NCBI GenBank assembly: GCA_030704615.1
Contig: CM060732.1
Span: 62,186,001 to 62,250,000 of the forward strand
Direction of reading: 5' to 3'
Length of the DNA stretch: 64,000 bases
DNA from: Takakia lepidozioides
Taxonomy: Eukaryota; Plantae; Bryophyta
A model generated the notes under the pieces. The model saw only the letters and a list, made by a program, of their open reading frames with translations. It ran no database searches and was not told the DNA's origin. The position numbers and the translations under genes are program-made. This document shows, piece by piece, positions 63,789-64,000 of this stretch. The stretch's first letter is position 1; each line of letters starts with the position of its first letter.

Positions 63789-64000
63789 GTGTGTCTCGAC
63801 GGATGATGCTTTTATCCCAGTTCTTTCACTTACTCTCCACCTTCCCACACTGGCTGAAGTTCATACTTGATGATGAGGATGTAGAACATTTTCCGATGCA
63901 TTTGACTGTGGCATGCTTTGGACAAGAGCATCTGTCCTCAGAAGGATTGATCACTTTGTCAACTTCATTTTCTAAGTTGTCTAATAGATACTTCAGTGAG

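Overview
Intron-rich eukaryotic DNA, most consistent with a non-seed land plant (inferred from gene structure and TE families; species cannot be determined). Host genes reconstructed by hand from GT-AG junctions: (1) a 19-exon full-size ABCG/PDR-type transporter gene on the minus strand (19593->2001, about 1790 aa); (2) a TMEM254/DUF4499-like small membrane protein (40129-40512); (3) a 4-exon DUF674 gene (46239->44211), head-to-head with (4) a ~24-exon UTP25 gene (47052-60450); (5) the 5' part of an unknown, probably plastid-targeted Gly-rich protein (61717 onward). Introns carry many fragments of two RTEX-like LINE families. The 21.6-38 kb intergenic block is a nest of decayed DNA transposons: hAT, hAT MITE, foldback, CACTA, Tc1/mariner MITE, Plavaka, a Gypsy RT relic and a Crinkler-like relic. 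The top candidate for an undescribed system is the ABCG protein. It has a PDZ-like domain, encoded almost entirely by one symmetric exon, inserted between NBD1 and TMD1. It also has a ~370-aa N-terminal extension, Cys-rich extracellular loops and degenerate catalytic motifs in both composite ATPase sites, which suggests a pseudo-transporter, scaffold or receptor. A 530-bp TSD-less insertion with terminal direct repeats (Replitron-like) and a tail-less LINE are also notable. All family assignments come from motif recognition by eye; no database search was run.
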